64,000 nt of DNA from an uncultured delta proteobacterium (GCA_963711565.1 CAVQEQ010000003.1:768001-832000); one strand, 5' to 3'. Positions 1 through 10,735 are shown, numbered from the stretch's first letter. Made by a program: numbers and translations. The notes: a model not told the origin generated them from the letters alone.

Positions 1-1
1 G

Positions 2-2221
2 GCGGCATTTCCCGGCGACAACACGATCATCGTCACCGACGACGCCTTCAACGTCGAGCGCTTGCTCCAGATAATCGGCGCGCTGGACGTGCGCGGCGAG
101 CAGCAGTCAATCGTCGTGATTCCGCTCCGGCTCGCCTTCGCCACCGAACTGGCGCCCGAGATCGATCAGCTCATGGCGGCCAAGATGGGCGCCTCCAGCG
201 GCAGCAGCCCCCAGATGATGCGGCCGCAAATGGGCGTCGCGACCTCCACCACCGGCCCCTCGATGGGTTACAAAGTCATCCCCGATGAACGCACCAATTG
301 TCTCGTCGTGGCGGCGCCGCCGCTCCAGATGCGCGAGATCCAGGAGATTGTAGCGAAGCTCGACGTTAATCCTCCTCTGTCCACCTCCCGAATCCACGTC
401 TACCGGCTCAAGAACGCGCAGGCGCTCGAGATGGTCCAGGTGCTCAACAACCTGCTTAACGGCGGCGGCGGTCCCTCTACACTATCGCCCACTACCGGCA
501 AGGGCTCGCTGGGCCGATCGAGCTTCAACGACGCCGCTAGCGGACAAGGTGGCGGCTTCGGCGGGATGGGCAGCTCGGGCGGCGGCATGGGCGGAATGTC
601 CAGTAGCGCCAGCTTCGGCGGTTCGATGAGCGGCGGCGGGGGCATGGGCGGCACCAACGGCTCCGGCGGCTTCGGCGGCGGTAGCAGCGGTGGCGGGATC
701 AGCCGTGGCGGCGGATCCAACAACGGGCCAGCGTCGGCCAGCTCGCAAGGCAAGAGCATCGATTTCTCTTATCCAGTAAATATCACCGCCGACCCCGCGA
801 CCAATGCGATGGTTATCAGCGCGTCGCCGCAGGATTGGCAGACCCTCAAGCAGATTATCGACGACCTCGACACCCCGCGCGTCCAGATTTTCGTCCAGGC
901 CGTCATCGTCGAGGTCTCCGCCGAGCGCCAGCGCCAGTTGGGCGTCAATTTCTACTCCAACGGTGTCGGCGGCGGCAGCGTGTTCGGTGTCGGCGCGCTT
1001 AATTTCGGACAGCTCCAGAGTGCGATCTCCGACCCGCTGTCGGTCACCGGCCTTGGCCTCGGCCTCGCCGGCAACACCATGTGTACGGTTTCTGGCGCGG
1101 CTCTGGCCGCCGCGACCGCCGCCACCGGAACGACGACGACGACCACCACCACCGGCAACTTGAAAATCCCCTGCGACGTCGCGCTCATCATGGCGCTTGA
1201 GACCGACACTCACGCCGACGTGCTGTCCGCGCCCACGTTGCTTACGGCCGACAATGAAGAAGCAATGATCGTGGTCGGCGAGAATCTGCCCTTCGTCGGC
1301 TCGGCGTCGGCCAACGCCGGACTGCCGGGACAAATCTTCAACTCGGTCGAGCGCCAGAACGTCGGCATCACGCTCGATATCGTGCCGCAGGTGTCCGAGG
1401 GCGACTACGTCAAGCTCGACCTTTACGAAGAGGTTTCCAACGTCGTCAACGGCACCGCGAACAACACACTCGGCCCGACGACGACCATCCGGTCCGCCTC
1501 GACCAGCGTGCTGATCCAGAACCATCGCACCGCGGTCGTCGGCGGCCTGCTCGCCAGCCAGGACACGCTGGATAACCAGGGCGTTCCCTTCATCTCCGAC
1601 ATCCCGGTCATCGGGAACTTTTTCAGCAACAAGAGCACCGACAAGCAGAAGGACAACCTGATCGTCTTCCTGACTCCGCATATCATTCGCAACAAGAGCC
1701 AGCTGCGCGATCTCGCCCTCGACGAACGCCAGCAGTACGTGAACTCGCTCGGCCGCAAGGAAATCCACGACATGCCGGCCTCGCAGATTCGCCAGATCTA
1801 CAAGCCGAGCTTCTCGATTCCGGTGTCACCCGCGGCCGATCTGAATGCCCCCTACGGCGGTGCGGCCGCGCCTCCGGGTCCTGAAAATCCGGGCGCCGGA
1901 TACGAGTCCACGCCGTCAGGCGGCAACAGCGCCGATACTCCTTTCAACACCACCGAGATCGGCCCGACCTCGATGAACTCGACGGCGCCGTCCGCGACGG
2001 GCGGCGCGGCAAGTATCTCGCCACCCTACCCTGCGCCTCTGGGAAGATCCGGCAACGACTCGACGATATCGGCACCGACGGCGAGCGCGCCGCCGTACTC
2101 AGCGTCGGCGGCGCCGTACGCCAGCACGGGCGGCGGTACAGCAGTAACTCCGCTTGATTCCGGCGCCGGCAAAGTCACAACGGACTCGTCGAGCGGCGTA
2201 ACCCCGGCCATCGCGCCGTAG
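2..2221 (+). CDS. gspD: Type II secretion system secretin GspD (5' part outside window)
   Basis: Frame is open from base 2. Secretin N-domain repeats (PDERTNCLVV, ADPATNAMVI) and secretin core motifs (QIFVQAVIVEVS, LSAPTLLTADNEEA, VPFISDIPVIGNFF, NLIVFLTPHII). Confidence 0.92.
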   Translation, partial: AAFPGDNTIIVTDDAFNVERLLQIIGALDVRGEQQSIVVIPLRLAFATELAPEIDQLMAAKMGASSGSSPQMMRPQMGVATSTTGPSMGYKVIPDERTNCLVVAAPPLQMREIQEIVAKLDVNPPLSTSRIHVYRLKNAQALEMVQVLNNLLNGGGGPSTLSPTTGKGSLGRSSFNDAASGQGGGFGGMGSSGGGMGGMSSSASFGGSMSGGGGMGGTNGSGGFGGGSSGGGISRGGGSNNGPASASSQGKSIDFSYPVNITADPATNAMVISASPQDWQTLKQIIDDLDTPRVQIFVQAVIVEVSAERQRQLGVNFYSNGVGGGSVFGVGALNFGQLQSAISDPLSVTGLGLGLAGNTMCTVSGAALAAATAATGTTTTTTTTGNLKIPCDVALIMALETDTHADVLSAPTLLTADNEEAMIVVGENLPFVGSASANAGLPGQIFNSVERQNVGITLDIVPQVSEGDYVKLDLYEEVSNVVNGTANNTLGPTTTIRSASTSVLIQNHRTAVVGGLLASQDTLDNQGVPFISDIPVIGNFFSNKSTDKQKDNLIVFLTPHIIRNKSQLRDLALDERQQYVNSLGRKEIHDMPASQIRQIYKPSFSIPVSPAADLNAPYGGAAAPPGPENPGAGYESTPSGGNSADTPFNTTEIGPTSMNSTAPSATGGAASISPPYPAPLGRSGNDSTISAPTASAPPYSASAAPYASTGGGTAVTPLDSGAGKVTTDSSSGVTPAIAP

Positions 2222-2240
2222 CGTCCGGGCGGGTCGCGGG

Positions 2241-3179
2241 TCACCAGCCAGCAAGGGCCGCGATCAGAAATGCCGCGATCATCAGCAGCCCGAATTCCAT
2301 GTGGAGCTGGATCGATCGAAACAAACCGAGGTTGAGCTTCTTCGGATCGATCTCGCGGGTCATGATTCGAACCTGATCGAGCGCGCGCGGGATCGTGATA
2401 AACACCGCCAGCGCAAGCCACGGCATCGCGTGCGACAGAACCGCCACGATTATCGCCGCGTAAGCCGCAACGTCCAGCGCGATCAGTTCATAGTTCGCAC
2501 CCGCCCGCCCCAGCATCGTCGCGAGCGTCCGCTTGCCGTGGCGCGTGTCGCTTTCGATGTCGCGGATATTGTTGGCGTGCAATATTCCCGCGACCAGGAA
2601 TCCCAGCGGTATCGATGCCCATAGAGCCGACGCCGAAAATTGCATCGCCATGACGAAGTACGATCCGATCACGATCGCCGGCCCCATGAAAACGAACACG
2701 GTCAACTCGCCCAGCGCCACGTACGCGAGCGACACCGGGCTTGCGGTGTAAAAATAGCCGGCCGCGACGCTCGGGATTCCGATCGCGAGAATCGGCCACC
2801 CGCACAGATACACGAGGACCAGGCCAATCATCGCGCCAAGAGCAAACGCGGCGACTCCGCCGAACCACACCTGGTCCGCGCTCAGCAGGCCGCGCTGAAT
2901 CACCATGCTCGGCCCGAGCGATTGCTCGCTGTCGGCGCCGCTGCGGAAATCGTAGTAGTCGTTGATAAGATTGGTGCCGGCCTGAATCGCCATCGCTCCG
3001 ACCAGCGCAAGAATCATCCGCCCCAGCGAAAAAAATCCCGCCCGCGCGGCCACCGCAACTCCCAGCAGCACCGGAATCGCAGCCGCACTGAGCGAAGGCG
3101 CCCGAATCGCCTGAACCCAAACGGCTACAGCACCGGGCCGCGCCCCGCCACCATCCGTGATTGCGCCGGCTTCCGCCAC
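2241..3179 (-). CDS. menA: 1,4-dihydroxy-2-naphthoate polyprenyltransferase (UbiA family)
   Basis: NDYYDFRSGAD and ANNIRDIESD..GKRTLA Asp-rich motifs; multiple TM segments. Confidence 0.9.
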   Translation of the reverse strand: MAEAGAITDGGGARPGAVAVWVQAIRAPSLSAAAIPVLLGVAVAARAGFFSLGRMILALVGAMAIQAGTNLINDYYDFRSGADSEQSLGPSMVIQRGLLSADQVWFGGVAAFALGAMIGLVLVYLCGWPILAIGIPSVAAGYFYTASPVSLAYVALGELTVFVFMGPAIVIGSYFVMAMQFSASALWASIPLGFLVAGILHANNIRDIESDTRHGKRTLATMLGRAGANYELIALDVAAYAAIIVAVLSHAMPWLALAVFITIPRALDQVRIMTREIDPKKLNLGLFRSIQLHMEFGLLMIAAFLIAALAGW

Positions 3180-3181
3180 AG

Positions 3182-5647
3182 CTAAATCAGCACCTTCGCT
3201 TCCTTCAACCGCGCGATTTCCTCTGCGTTGTATCCGAGCAGCTCGCTCATCACTTCATCCGTATGCTCGCCGACCATCGGCGCGCCGCGATAATCGAGAT
3301 CGATCGCGCTGAAGCGCGCCGGCAGTCCCGGCACGACGCGCTCGCCGACTTCGCCATGCTTCAAATTCACCATCATGCTCGATTCCGAGAAGACGGGATC
3401 ATTCATCAACTCCGGAGTGTTGTAGACGGGCCCCGCGGCGATGCCGCGCGCGCGCAGTTTCGTCACCAGCTCGTCGCGCTGATGAACGCGCGTGCGCGCC
3501 GCAACTTCGCGCTCGAGTTCCCCGACGTTGGCGAGCCGACCGTACAGCCGCGAGAACTTCGCATCCGTCGCCAGCGACGGCACGCCGAGCGTCTCGCACA
3601 GTTTCGCGAACTCGTCGTCGCCGGCAATCGCAATCGCGATCCATTTGTCGTCGCCCGCGGCCGGGAACACGCCATGCGGCGCCATCGACTCGTCGCGGTT
3701 CCCGATTGGCGCCTGGTCGCGCCCGTTCATCAGAAAATCCATCATCGCTTCCGGCAGCATCGTCGTGACCATCTCGGCCATCGACAAATCCAGATACTGC
3801 CCGTGGCCGGTGCGGTCGCGATAGTGCAGCGCCGCGAGCAGAAAAAACACCATGCCCGTGCCGACCGCGAAATCCGGCCACGTTCCGCCAATCCCGCACG
3901 GAAACGAATCGGGATAACCCGTGATATGGCACAGGCCGGCGAACGCCTGCGTGGTCGGCCCGAAGCCCACCGTCCGCGCGAACGGACCGTCCTGCCCGAG
4001 CGGAGTGCCGCTCAGCATGATGATGTCGGGTTTGATCTTGACCAGATCGTCGTAGGCGAGATTGTATTTCGCCATGTTGCCGACGGTGAAATTTTCGGTG
4101 ACGAAATCACACTGGCGAATCAGATTGCGCGCGATTTCCTGCCCCTCGGGCGTCGCAAGATTCAGCAGGAGACTGCGCCGCGAGGGATTGATCGCGTGGA
4201 AAACTCCGCTGCGGTTTGCGCCAATCGATCCGTCGGTGCCGGTCAGGAACCGCACCAGGTCAGGCGCGCCCGAGGTTTCTATTCGAATCACGTCGGCTCC
4301 CAGAGCGCCCAGCCACGCGGTCGCGTGCGGGACGGCGTAGATCCAACCGAAGTCCGCGACTCGAATTCCTTCCAACGGCCGCGTTCTTTTCAATTGATTC
4401 CTACCGGCGAAGCGATCATCACCTGCGGCTGCACGGCGTTGGAGTATTTTCTCGTTGTGCTCGCCGAGCCGCGGGGCTCCACGCACGATTCGCCATGGCG
4501 TGCGCGAGAATTTGCATGGCGCACCCGGCATCCGCACTTCGCGCGCCGCGGGATGGTCGATGTTGACGAAGAATTTGCGCGCTTTGTATTGCTCGTTGCC
4601 CGCGACCTCGGCCGGTGAATGCACCGGAAAGCACGGCACGTGTTCCGCTTGCGCCTTCTCGAATGCCTCAGTTCGTGTATTCGTAGATAGCCAGTCGATT
4701 ACCCCGGCTTCGATCGCGTCGATATTTTCGGTGCGGCCCAAATGAGTGGCGAACAACTCAGTGTCCATCCACGCGGGATTGCCCATCGCCTTCTTCGCGC
4801 TGCGCCAGAATCGATCGGTGGTGGCGCTGAAGCTCACCCATCCGTCCTTGCACGGATATAGCCACTGGGCGGCGGTTTTGCGGCGTATCAGCAGCCGTTG
4901 GAAAGAGGCGGAGTCGCGCACTTCGTGCGAGTAGAAACCGAGGTTGGGGCGAATCATGCTGACCATCGAAAGCCACTGCGCGACATCGACATGCTGCCCT
5001 GCGCCATTACTCTTTCGACTATACAGTGCGCACATCGCGGCGGCCGCCGCTGTATAGCCAGTCAAATAGTCAGATTGCCTGCCGCCGAGCTTCAGCGGCG
5101 GCTGAGTTTCGGGATCGGTCACCTGGTGCCACGGCGTTTCGTAACCGACTCCACTCATGTGCGTGGCGACCAGGTCGCCGCCGCGGATGTTGCGGTACGC
5201 CGACTCGGCGCCGAAAAACGTTATCGACACGACGATCAGTTTCGGAAATCGCGTCGTCAGCATGCGCCAATCGATTCCAAGCTGCTCGTTCACCTCGGGA
5301 CGGTTCGGATTGAAGACAATGTCCGCCGTCGCGAGCAGATCGAGCAGCAAGTCGCGCCCGCGCGGATTTTCCAGGTCGATCGTCACGCCGAGCTTGTTGG
5401 TATTTAGAAAAAGATGCAGCCCGCCGGTTTCGGGGTCGGGCATCTCGTCGCGAAACGGCCCGAGCGCGCGCTCCCTCGATCCTGTTCGCGGCGGCTCGAC
5501 CTTGACGACCTCGGCGCCGAAATCGGCGAACGACTTCGCCGCCATCGCCGCCGCCATGAACGGCATCGTGTCGAGACACGGCAGCTCGACGACCTTGAGA
5601 CCCTTGAGCGCACGCGGCGGCTCCTCGTACTGTTCAAAGCGCGCCAT
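3182..5647 (-). CDS. Tandem two-domain family III CoA-transferase (CaiB/BaiF)
   Basis: Two CaiB domains (FADFGAEVVKVEPP...NTNKLG; LGALGADVIRIE...NPSRRS). Start reassigned to ATG 5647, just after the upstream HAD stop. Confidence 0.88.
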   Translation of the reverse strand: MARFEQYEEPPRALKGLKVVELPCLDTMPFMAAAMAAKSFADFGAEVVKVEPPRTGSRERALGPFRDEMPDPETGGLHLFLNTNKLGVTIDLENPRGRDLLLDLLATADIVFNPNRPEVNEQLGIDWRMLTTRFPKLIVVSITFFGAESAYRNIRGGDLVATHMSGVGYETPWHQVTDPETQPPLKLGGRQSDYLTGYTAAAAAMCALYSRKSNGAGQHVDVAQWLSMVSMIRPNLGFYSHEVRDSASFQRLLIRRKTAAQWLYPCKDGWVSFSATTDRFWRSAKKAMGNPAWMDTELFATHLGRTENIDAIEAGVIDWLSTNTRTEAFEKAQAEHVPCFPVHSPAEVAGNEQYKARKFFVNIDHPAAREVRMPGAPCKFSRTPWRIVRGAPRLGEHNEKILQRRAAAGDDRFAGRNQLKRTRPLEGIRVADFGWIYAVPHATAWLGALGADVIRIETSGAPDLVRFLTGTDGSIGANRSGVFHAINPSRRSLLLNLATPEGQEIARNLIRQCDFVTENFTVGNMAKYNLAYDDLVKIKPDIIMLSGTPLGQDGPFARTVGFGPTTQAFAGLCHITGYPDSFPCGIGGTWPDFAVGTGMVFFLLAALHYRDRTGHGQYLDLSMAEMVTTMLPEAMMDFLMNGRDQAPIGNRDESMAPHGVFPAAGDDKWIAIAIAGDDEFAKLCETLGVPSLATDAKFSRLYGRLANVGELEREVAARTRVHQRDELVTKLRARGIAAGPVYNTPELMNDPVFSESSMMVNLKHGEVGERVVPGLPARFSAIDLDYRGAPMVGEHTDEVMSELLGYNAEEIARLKEAKVLI

Positions 5648-5649
5648 CG

Positions 5650-6342
5650 CTACTCGGCAGTTTCCGTCTTCATGTTGTCGATCAGGTCGATCAGTTCCGC
5701 CATCGTGCGAATCACGTAGTCGGGTTTGAACGCCTGATGCGTTTGCAGATATTTGAACGACGCCGCGCCGGTTGCGACCGCGACTGATGCGCCGAAACCC
5801 GCTCCCAGAGCCGCCATGATGTCCCGAGGCTCGTCGCCAACGTACATGCACGCACGCGGAAGTACCGCGGCCTTCAGCGCGGTCTGCTTGAGGCTCTCGG
5901 TCTTGTCGAGCGCACGGAGCGAAGTGGTGGTCTGCGTGACGACCTGGTCCAGGTACGACGCAAGCCCGACCATCGCGAGCTTCTCGACCAGCCGCCGCGA
6001 ATCTCCGGGCCGGCTGGTGATCACGCCGGTCGCGTAGCCGCGCCGCTTCAACTCCGCCAGCGTATCCTGCACGTGCGGCAGCACCTCGAGCCGCTCGGTC
6101 TTGTCGATCTCCGCGAGGAAATACGCGTACGCGAGCTTCGCGTACTCAGGCCGCAGATGCTCGGGCACTCCCAGCCACACGTCATCGGCGGAAAGCGCCT
6201 CGCGAAATCGCTCATGCGTGAGTGGAGGATCGTACTTGAGCTCGTCGAGCGCGTTTTTCGCGGCGATATACAACGGGCCGTGGATATCGACCAGCGTGCC
6301 GTCGAGATCGAAAAAGATCGCCTTGAATTCGCGCGACGCCAA
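5650..6342 (-). CDS. HAD-family hydrolase (phosphoglycolate phosphatase-like)
   Basis: FDLDGTLVD motif I and YVGDEPRD motif IV. Confidence 0.85.
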   Translation of the reverse strand: MASREFKAIFFDLDGTLVDIHGPLYIAAKNALDELKYDPPLTHERFREALSADDVWLGVPEHLRPEYAKLAYAYFLAEIDKTERLEVLPHVQDTLAELKRRGYATGVITSRPGDSRRLVEKLAMVGLASYLDQVVTQTTTSLRALDKTESLKQTALKAAVLPRACMYVGDEPRDIMAALGAGFGASVAVATGAASFKYLQTHQAFKPDYVIRTMAELIDLIDNMKTETAE

Positions 6343-6403
6343 ATAAATTCTCCGGGCTTACCAACCGGAGTGTGCTGAGATGCGGCGCGAACTGTCAAGC
6401 GCG

Positions 6404-8542
6404 CTAGGAACGCGGCTGATACAACAGCAGGTACTCGCGCCGCCCACCGATCACTTTCTTGACGTAGTCGCGGGTCTCTTTGTACGCGATATTTTCAACC
6501 CACTCGTCATCGGGGCCGCCCGATTGCGCGATCCATTTAGAAACCGCATTCTCGCCCGCGTTGTACGCCGCGACCGCATGAAACGCGTCGCCGTTGAACA
6601 TCGCAAAGAGATTTCTTAGATATGCCGTCCCCAGCTCGACGTTCACCGACGGATCGTAAAGCCGAATCGCCTCGGGATCGATGCCGTTCTGCGATGCCAT
6701 CTTCTTCGCTGTCAACGGAATCAATTGCATCAGGCCGCGCGCGTTCGAACTCGATGTCGCCCTCGGATTAAACAGGCTCTCCTGCCGCGCCAGCGCCAGC
6801 ACCAGGTAAGGATCGAGCGCGAGCCGCGTCGACGCCGACTGAAAAAGATCCCAGTATGCGCGCGGATAGCGCACACGCTCGGCCACGTCGTGGCTCATCT
6901 GACCGTTTTTTTCCATGTGCGTCGCCGCGACGATCGCATCATACCACGCATCGGCGCTCGCGAATCCCGCCAGCACGAAACGCCGCATCTCAATTGTGCC
7001 GCCCGCACTATCCTCGAGCGCCTTCAGCTCCCCCGGCTCGAGCTCCTTCAGTCCCAATGCGCGCAGCGTTTGCAGCCGCGCCATGTGGTACTCGGCGACT
7101 CCGGTAACGGCAGGCGTTGCGCCGAATTGAGGATCGGGCGCCGACGCGGCGGCCAGGTCCGGACTGGCAGCCGCGACGCGACGGCTCGCGAGCTCGGGAT
7201 AGTAGTTAGTGTCGGTGCTGTCGGCGAGTCTCTCAAAAATCGCGCGCGCAGCAGTTACATCGCCGGCCTTCTCCAACGCGCGCGCATGCCAGTACTCGCA
7301 CATATCGCGATTGGTCAGATCCTTCGCGCGCGCGCCGGCGCTCTGGAAGCCGTCGGCCGCGATCCGGTAGTTCCGCGCCAGGTACAACGTCCACGGTATT
7401 CGGAACCGCGCGTCTTCGGCGGCGTCGCTGCCGGGATAGCGCGCCGCCAGCCGCCGATACTGCGCGCGGGCGGAATCGAACTGATGCTGTTCCTCGAAGA
7501 TTCTGCCGACGCGCAGCATCGCTCCGGGCGCGAGTTCGCTGGCCGGAAAATTGGCGACGAGCCGGTCGAACGTCGCGCGCGCGAGATTGTCCTGATCGTC
7601 GTGCCAGTAAATCAGCGCCAGCGCTTCAAGCGCGGCCGCCGCGTCCGGTCCGCGCGGCGCAATTTGCAGGTACTCGAGTATCGCGCGCCTTGCGCGATCA
7701 GGCTCCGGCTTGAGCGCGCGCGCCGTCACCCACACCAGTTCGGCGCGAACCGCCGGCTCGGGGCCCATCGCGAGTCCCGCGCTCGCCTGCTCTTCCGCCT
7801 GCGCCAGGGCGCCCTCGCGCAGCAGCAACTCGGATTCTTCGCGATGGTACGCGAGCGAGTTGGTGTCGGCAACGTCGGGATTTGACGCGAGGATCGATCG
7901 AGTGAGAGCGCGCGCATCGGCATCCGAGTCCGAATGCGGATACTTGTCGCGCAATTCCATCAACTGCGCGTAGGCTGACTTCGGATTTCCGAGCGCGATT
8001 AGCGCGCGCGCTTCTGTTATCTGCGCGCTCTGCTCGATCGACGCTTCCGGCCCTCGCGCGATCAGCCGCGACGCGACCGCCGCCGCCTCGGCGTTGCGGC
8101 CCAGCTTCAGCAGATTGTCCGCCAGCATCATCTCGCCGCCATCGATCGTCACGCTGTCCGGATACAACCTGACCAGCCGATCGAGCGTGTCTGCCGAGGC
8201 GTTCAGGTCGCCCTGGTCGTGCTCAGCCAGCGCAAGGTAATAGAGCGCGTAGTCGCCGAGCGGTGGAAAATTATCCGCGGCGAATTTCAGTTGCTCGATC
8301 GCGCGCGCATTGTCGTGGTTCTGATACGCGCGATAGCCGTCGAGGAACGCGGTTTGCCCGTCGGTCGGCGGTACGAGCGGCGCCGCTCCAGGAGCAGCCG
8401 GCGTCACGGACCCGGTTTGAGCCGATGGCGCAGCCTGCGATGCGGCAGCCGAATCCGCCCGCGCCGGCCCCGACGCGCATCCCGCCAGCACCGACCCACA
8501 TAGAATCATCGCCGCGCCATCCGACCACCATTTCGCTTTCAT
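6404..8542 (-). CDS. TPR-containing soluble lytic transglycosylase (Slt-like), probable lipoprotein
   Basis: C-terminal SLT motifs ARQES.F, ARGLMQL, AAYNAG, ETRDYV; TPR helices; lipobox LAGC. Start uncertain. Confidence 0.9.
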   Translation of the reverse strand: MKAKWWSDGAAMILCGSVLAGCASGPARADSAAASQAAPSAQTGSVTPAAPGAAPLVPPTDGQTAFLDGYRAYQNHDNARAIEQLKFAADNFPPLGDYALYYLALAEHDQGDLNASADTLDRLVRLYPDSVTIDGGEMMLADNLLKLGRNAEAAAVASRLIARGPEASIEQSAQITEARALIALGNPKSAYAQLMELRDKYPHSDSDADARALTRSILASNPDVADTNSLAYHREESELLLREGALAQAEEQASAGLAMGPEPAVRAELVWVTARALKPEPDRARRAILEYLQIAPRGPDAAAALEALALIYWHDDQDNLARATFDRLVANFPASELAPGAMLRVGRIFEEQHQFDSARAQYRRLAARYPGSDAAEDARFRIPWTLYLARNYRIAADGFQSAGARAKDLTNRDMCEYWHARALEKAGDVTAARAIFERLADSTDTNYYPELASRRVAAASPDLAAASAPDPQFGATPAVTGVAEYHMARLQTLRALGLKELEPGELKALEDSAGGTIEMRRFVLAGFASADAWYDAIVAATHMEKNGQMSHDVAERVRYPRAYWDLFQSASTRLALDPYLVLALARQESLFNPRATSSSNARGLMQLIPLTAKKMASQNGIDPEAIRLYDPSVNVELGTAYLRNLFAMFNGDAFHAVAAYNAGENAVSKWIAQSGGPDDEWVENIAYKETRDYVKKVIGGRREYLLLYQPRS

Positions 8543-8601
8543 CCGATCTGGGTTAGCGCATGGTAAGCGCGGCTTCAATTGGGTATCACTTCTTTCTGGC
8601 T

Positions 8602-9192
8602 ATGAAGAAAATGCCGGATTCAATCAAAGTGATTCTCGCGTCGGCATCGCCGCGACGGCATCAACTGCTGGGCGCTGCACGAATTGAGTTCGAAGTTGTC
8701 GAGAGCATGATGCCCGAGGAGCACGTCGCGGGCGAGCCGCCGCGCGTCTACGCGTTGCGGATGGCGCGCGACAAGGCCATCGCGGTTTCATCGCGGTTCC
8801 CCGATGCGATTGTCATCGGCGCCGACACGATCGTCGTGTGCGAGGCTCAAATTCTGGAAAAACCCACCGACGCCGACGATGCGCGCCGAATGCTCACGAT
8901 GCTCTCCTCGCGCACGCACACGGTCGTGACAGCTTTTGCATTAGCGCGCGGTGGAGAGATCCTGGAGAGTTCGCCAATCGAGAGCCGCGTCACGTTTCGC
9001 AGACTCACCGACGCGGAAATCGACGATTACATCGCCACCGACGAGCCGTTCGACAAGGCCGGCGCCTACGGAATCCAGGGCATCGGCGGCGGATTTATCG
9101 CGCACGTCGAAGGTTCGCGCGACAACGTGATGGGGCTGCCGACCGAGCGCGTCGTCGCGGCGCTCGCAAGATATGGCGTGAAGCCGGTCTAG
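8602..9192 (+). CDS. maf: Maf-family nucleoside triphosphate pyrophosphatase
   Basis: ILASASPRR, IGADTIV, DKAGAYGIQG, NVMGLP. Confidence 0.92.
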   Translation: MKKMPDSIKVILASASPRRHQLLGAARIEFEVVESMMPEEHVAGEPPRVYALRMARDKAIAVSSRFPDAIVIGADTIVVCEAQILEKPTDADDARRMLTMLSSRTHTVVTAFALARGGEILESSPIESRVTFRRLTDAEIDDYIATDEPFDKAGAYGIQGIGGGFIAHVEGSRDNVMGLPTERVVAALARYGVKPV

Positions 9193-9197
9193 CGAAG

Positions 9198-9884
9198 ATG
9201 TCGACTCGGCATGAAATCGCGGAGCGGCTCGAGATCGTGCGGGCACGGATCGGCGCGGCTGCATACAAGGCGAGACGCGATGCGTCGTCGATTCGGCTCG
9301 TGCTCGCGAGCAAGACGCAGCCGACTGACGCGATTCGCGCCGCGGCGGAGGCGGGCGCGCGCGACTTCGGCGAGAACTACGTGCAGGAGGCAATCGCGAA
9401 GCGCGCGGAGCTGGCGGACTTGACCGAAATTCGATGGCATCTTATCGGCCATCTGCAGACCAACAAGGCGAAGACCGCCGCGAGCGCTTTCAGTCTAATC
9501 CACAGCGTCGATTCCGTTCGCCTGGCCGAGGCTCTCGCGCGCGCGCAACCTTCGCCGCGCGTCCACGCGCTCGTCGAGGTGAATCTCGGCGCCGAGGCGA
9601 GCAAGAGCGGCGTGGCGCCGGAGGGAGTCGCCGCGATCCTCGACGCCGCGCGTGGCAAGCTCGAAATCGATGGCTTGATGACGATTCCGCCGCCCTCCCC
9701 ACGCGCCGAGGCCGCACGTCCGTACTTCGCACGACTGCGCGAGCTGCGCAACGTCCTTGCGATGCAATCCGGCTATGCGCTAAGCGAACTCTCGATGGGA
9801 ATGTCGGACGACTTTGAAGTGGCGATCGAAGAAGGCGCGACAATAGTTCGGATTGGACGCGCGGTCTTCGGCGAACGCGCATGA
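9198..9884 (+). CDS. yggS: PLP homeostasis protein YggS
   Basis: ASKT, FGENYVQE, WHLIGHLQTNK, LSMGMSDDFEVAIEEGAT. Start reassigned to ATG 9198. Confidence 0.95.
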   Translation: MSTRHEIAERLEIVRARIGAAAYKARRDASSIRLVLASKTQPTDAIRAAAEAGARDFGENYVQEAIAKRAELADLTEIRWHLIGHLQTNKAKTAASAFSLIHSVDSVRLAEALARAQPSPRVHALVEVNLGAEASKSGVAPEGVAAILDAARGKLEIDGLMTIPPPSPRAEAARPYFARLRELRNVLAMQSGYALSELSMGMSDDFEVAIEEGATIVRIGRAVFGERA

Positions 9885-10720
9885 AAACACTCGGATTCAT
9901 CGGCGGCGGCAACATGGCCGAGGCGCTCGCCCACGGCCTTATCCAGCACAAGGTTTTCAAGCCTGCCGACATAATAGTGTCCGACGTCGAGGCCGAACGC
10001 CGCCGCAAACTCGCCCGCGCGCTCAAAGTCTCGACGACCGACGACAATCTCGAAGTTCTGCGCGAGTCCGCCGCCGTCCTGCTCGCCGTCAAGCCGCAGA
10101 TAATCGACATTGTGATGAAGGAACTCGCGGCCGAACTTGCGAAGCCCGGCAAAAAAGCGGCCGGCAAGGGCAAGCTGTTTATTTCGATTGCGGCCGGCAT
10201 CACGATCGAGCGCCTGAGCCGCGGTCTGGGCAAGCGCGCGCGAGTGATCCGCGTGATGCCGAATGCGCCAGCGATGGTTGGCCACGGGATGGCCGCAATG
10301 GTGCGCGCGCGAACTGCGTCTGCAGCCGATGAAGCGTTCGCGCTGAAGATTTTCAACGCGGTCGGCGACGCCGTCGCGCTCAAGGACGAAAAACTGCTCA
10401 ACGTCGTCACCGCGCTGTCGGGCAGCGGCCCCGCTTACGTTTACCTGTTCGCCAAGGCGATGGCGGATGCGGCGGTGAGCGAGGGAATCCCGCGCGAACT
10501 TGCCATCCGCATGGCGCTGAAGACGATTCGCGGCGCCGAGCACCTGATGCGCGAGTCGAAGCGCGAGGTCGCCGACTTGATTCGCGCCGTCGCTTCGCCC
10601 GGCGGCACGACCGAGGCCGCACTTCGTCGATTCGCCGAGCATGGTTTTTCTGATATCGTTGCCGCCGCACTGCACGCCGCCAGCGATCGCTCGCGCGCGC
10701 TCGGCCGCGGAGTCAACTAG
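9881..10720 (+). CDS. proC: Pyrroline-5-carboxylate reductase
   Basis: GFIGGGNMA, RVMPN, TALSGSGPAY, SPGGTT. Confidence 0.95.
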   Translation: MKTLGFIGGGNMAEALAHGLIQHKVFKPADIIVSDVEAERRRKLARALKVSTTDDNLEVLRESAAVLLAVKPQIIDIVMKELAAELAKPGKKAAGKGKLFISIAAGITIERLSRGLGKRARVIRVMPNAPAMVGHGMAAMVRARTASAADEAFALKIFNAVGDAVALKDEKLLNVVTALSGSGPAYVYLFAKAMADAAVSEGIPRELAIRMALKTIRGAEHLMRESKREVADLIRAVASPGGTTEAALRRFAEHGFSDIVAAALHAASDRSRALGRGVN

Positions 10721-10735
10721 CGAGAGCGTTATCGC

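Noticed and set aside
540-725. GGC-rich tandem repeat
   Set aside because: Explained by the Gly/Ser-rich coding loop of GspD.
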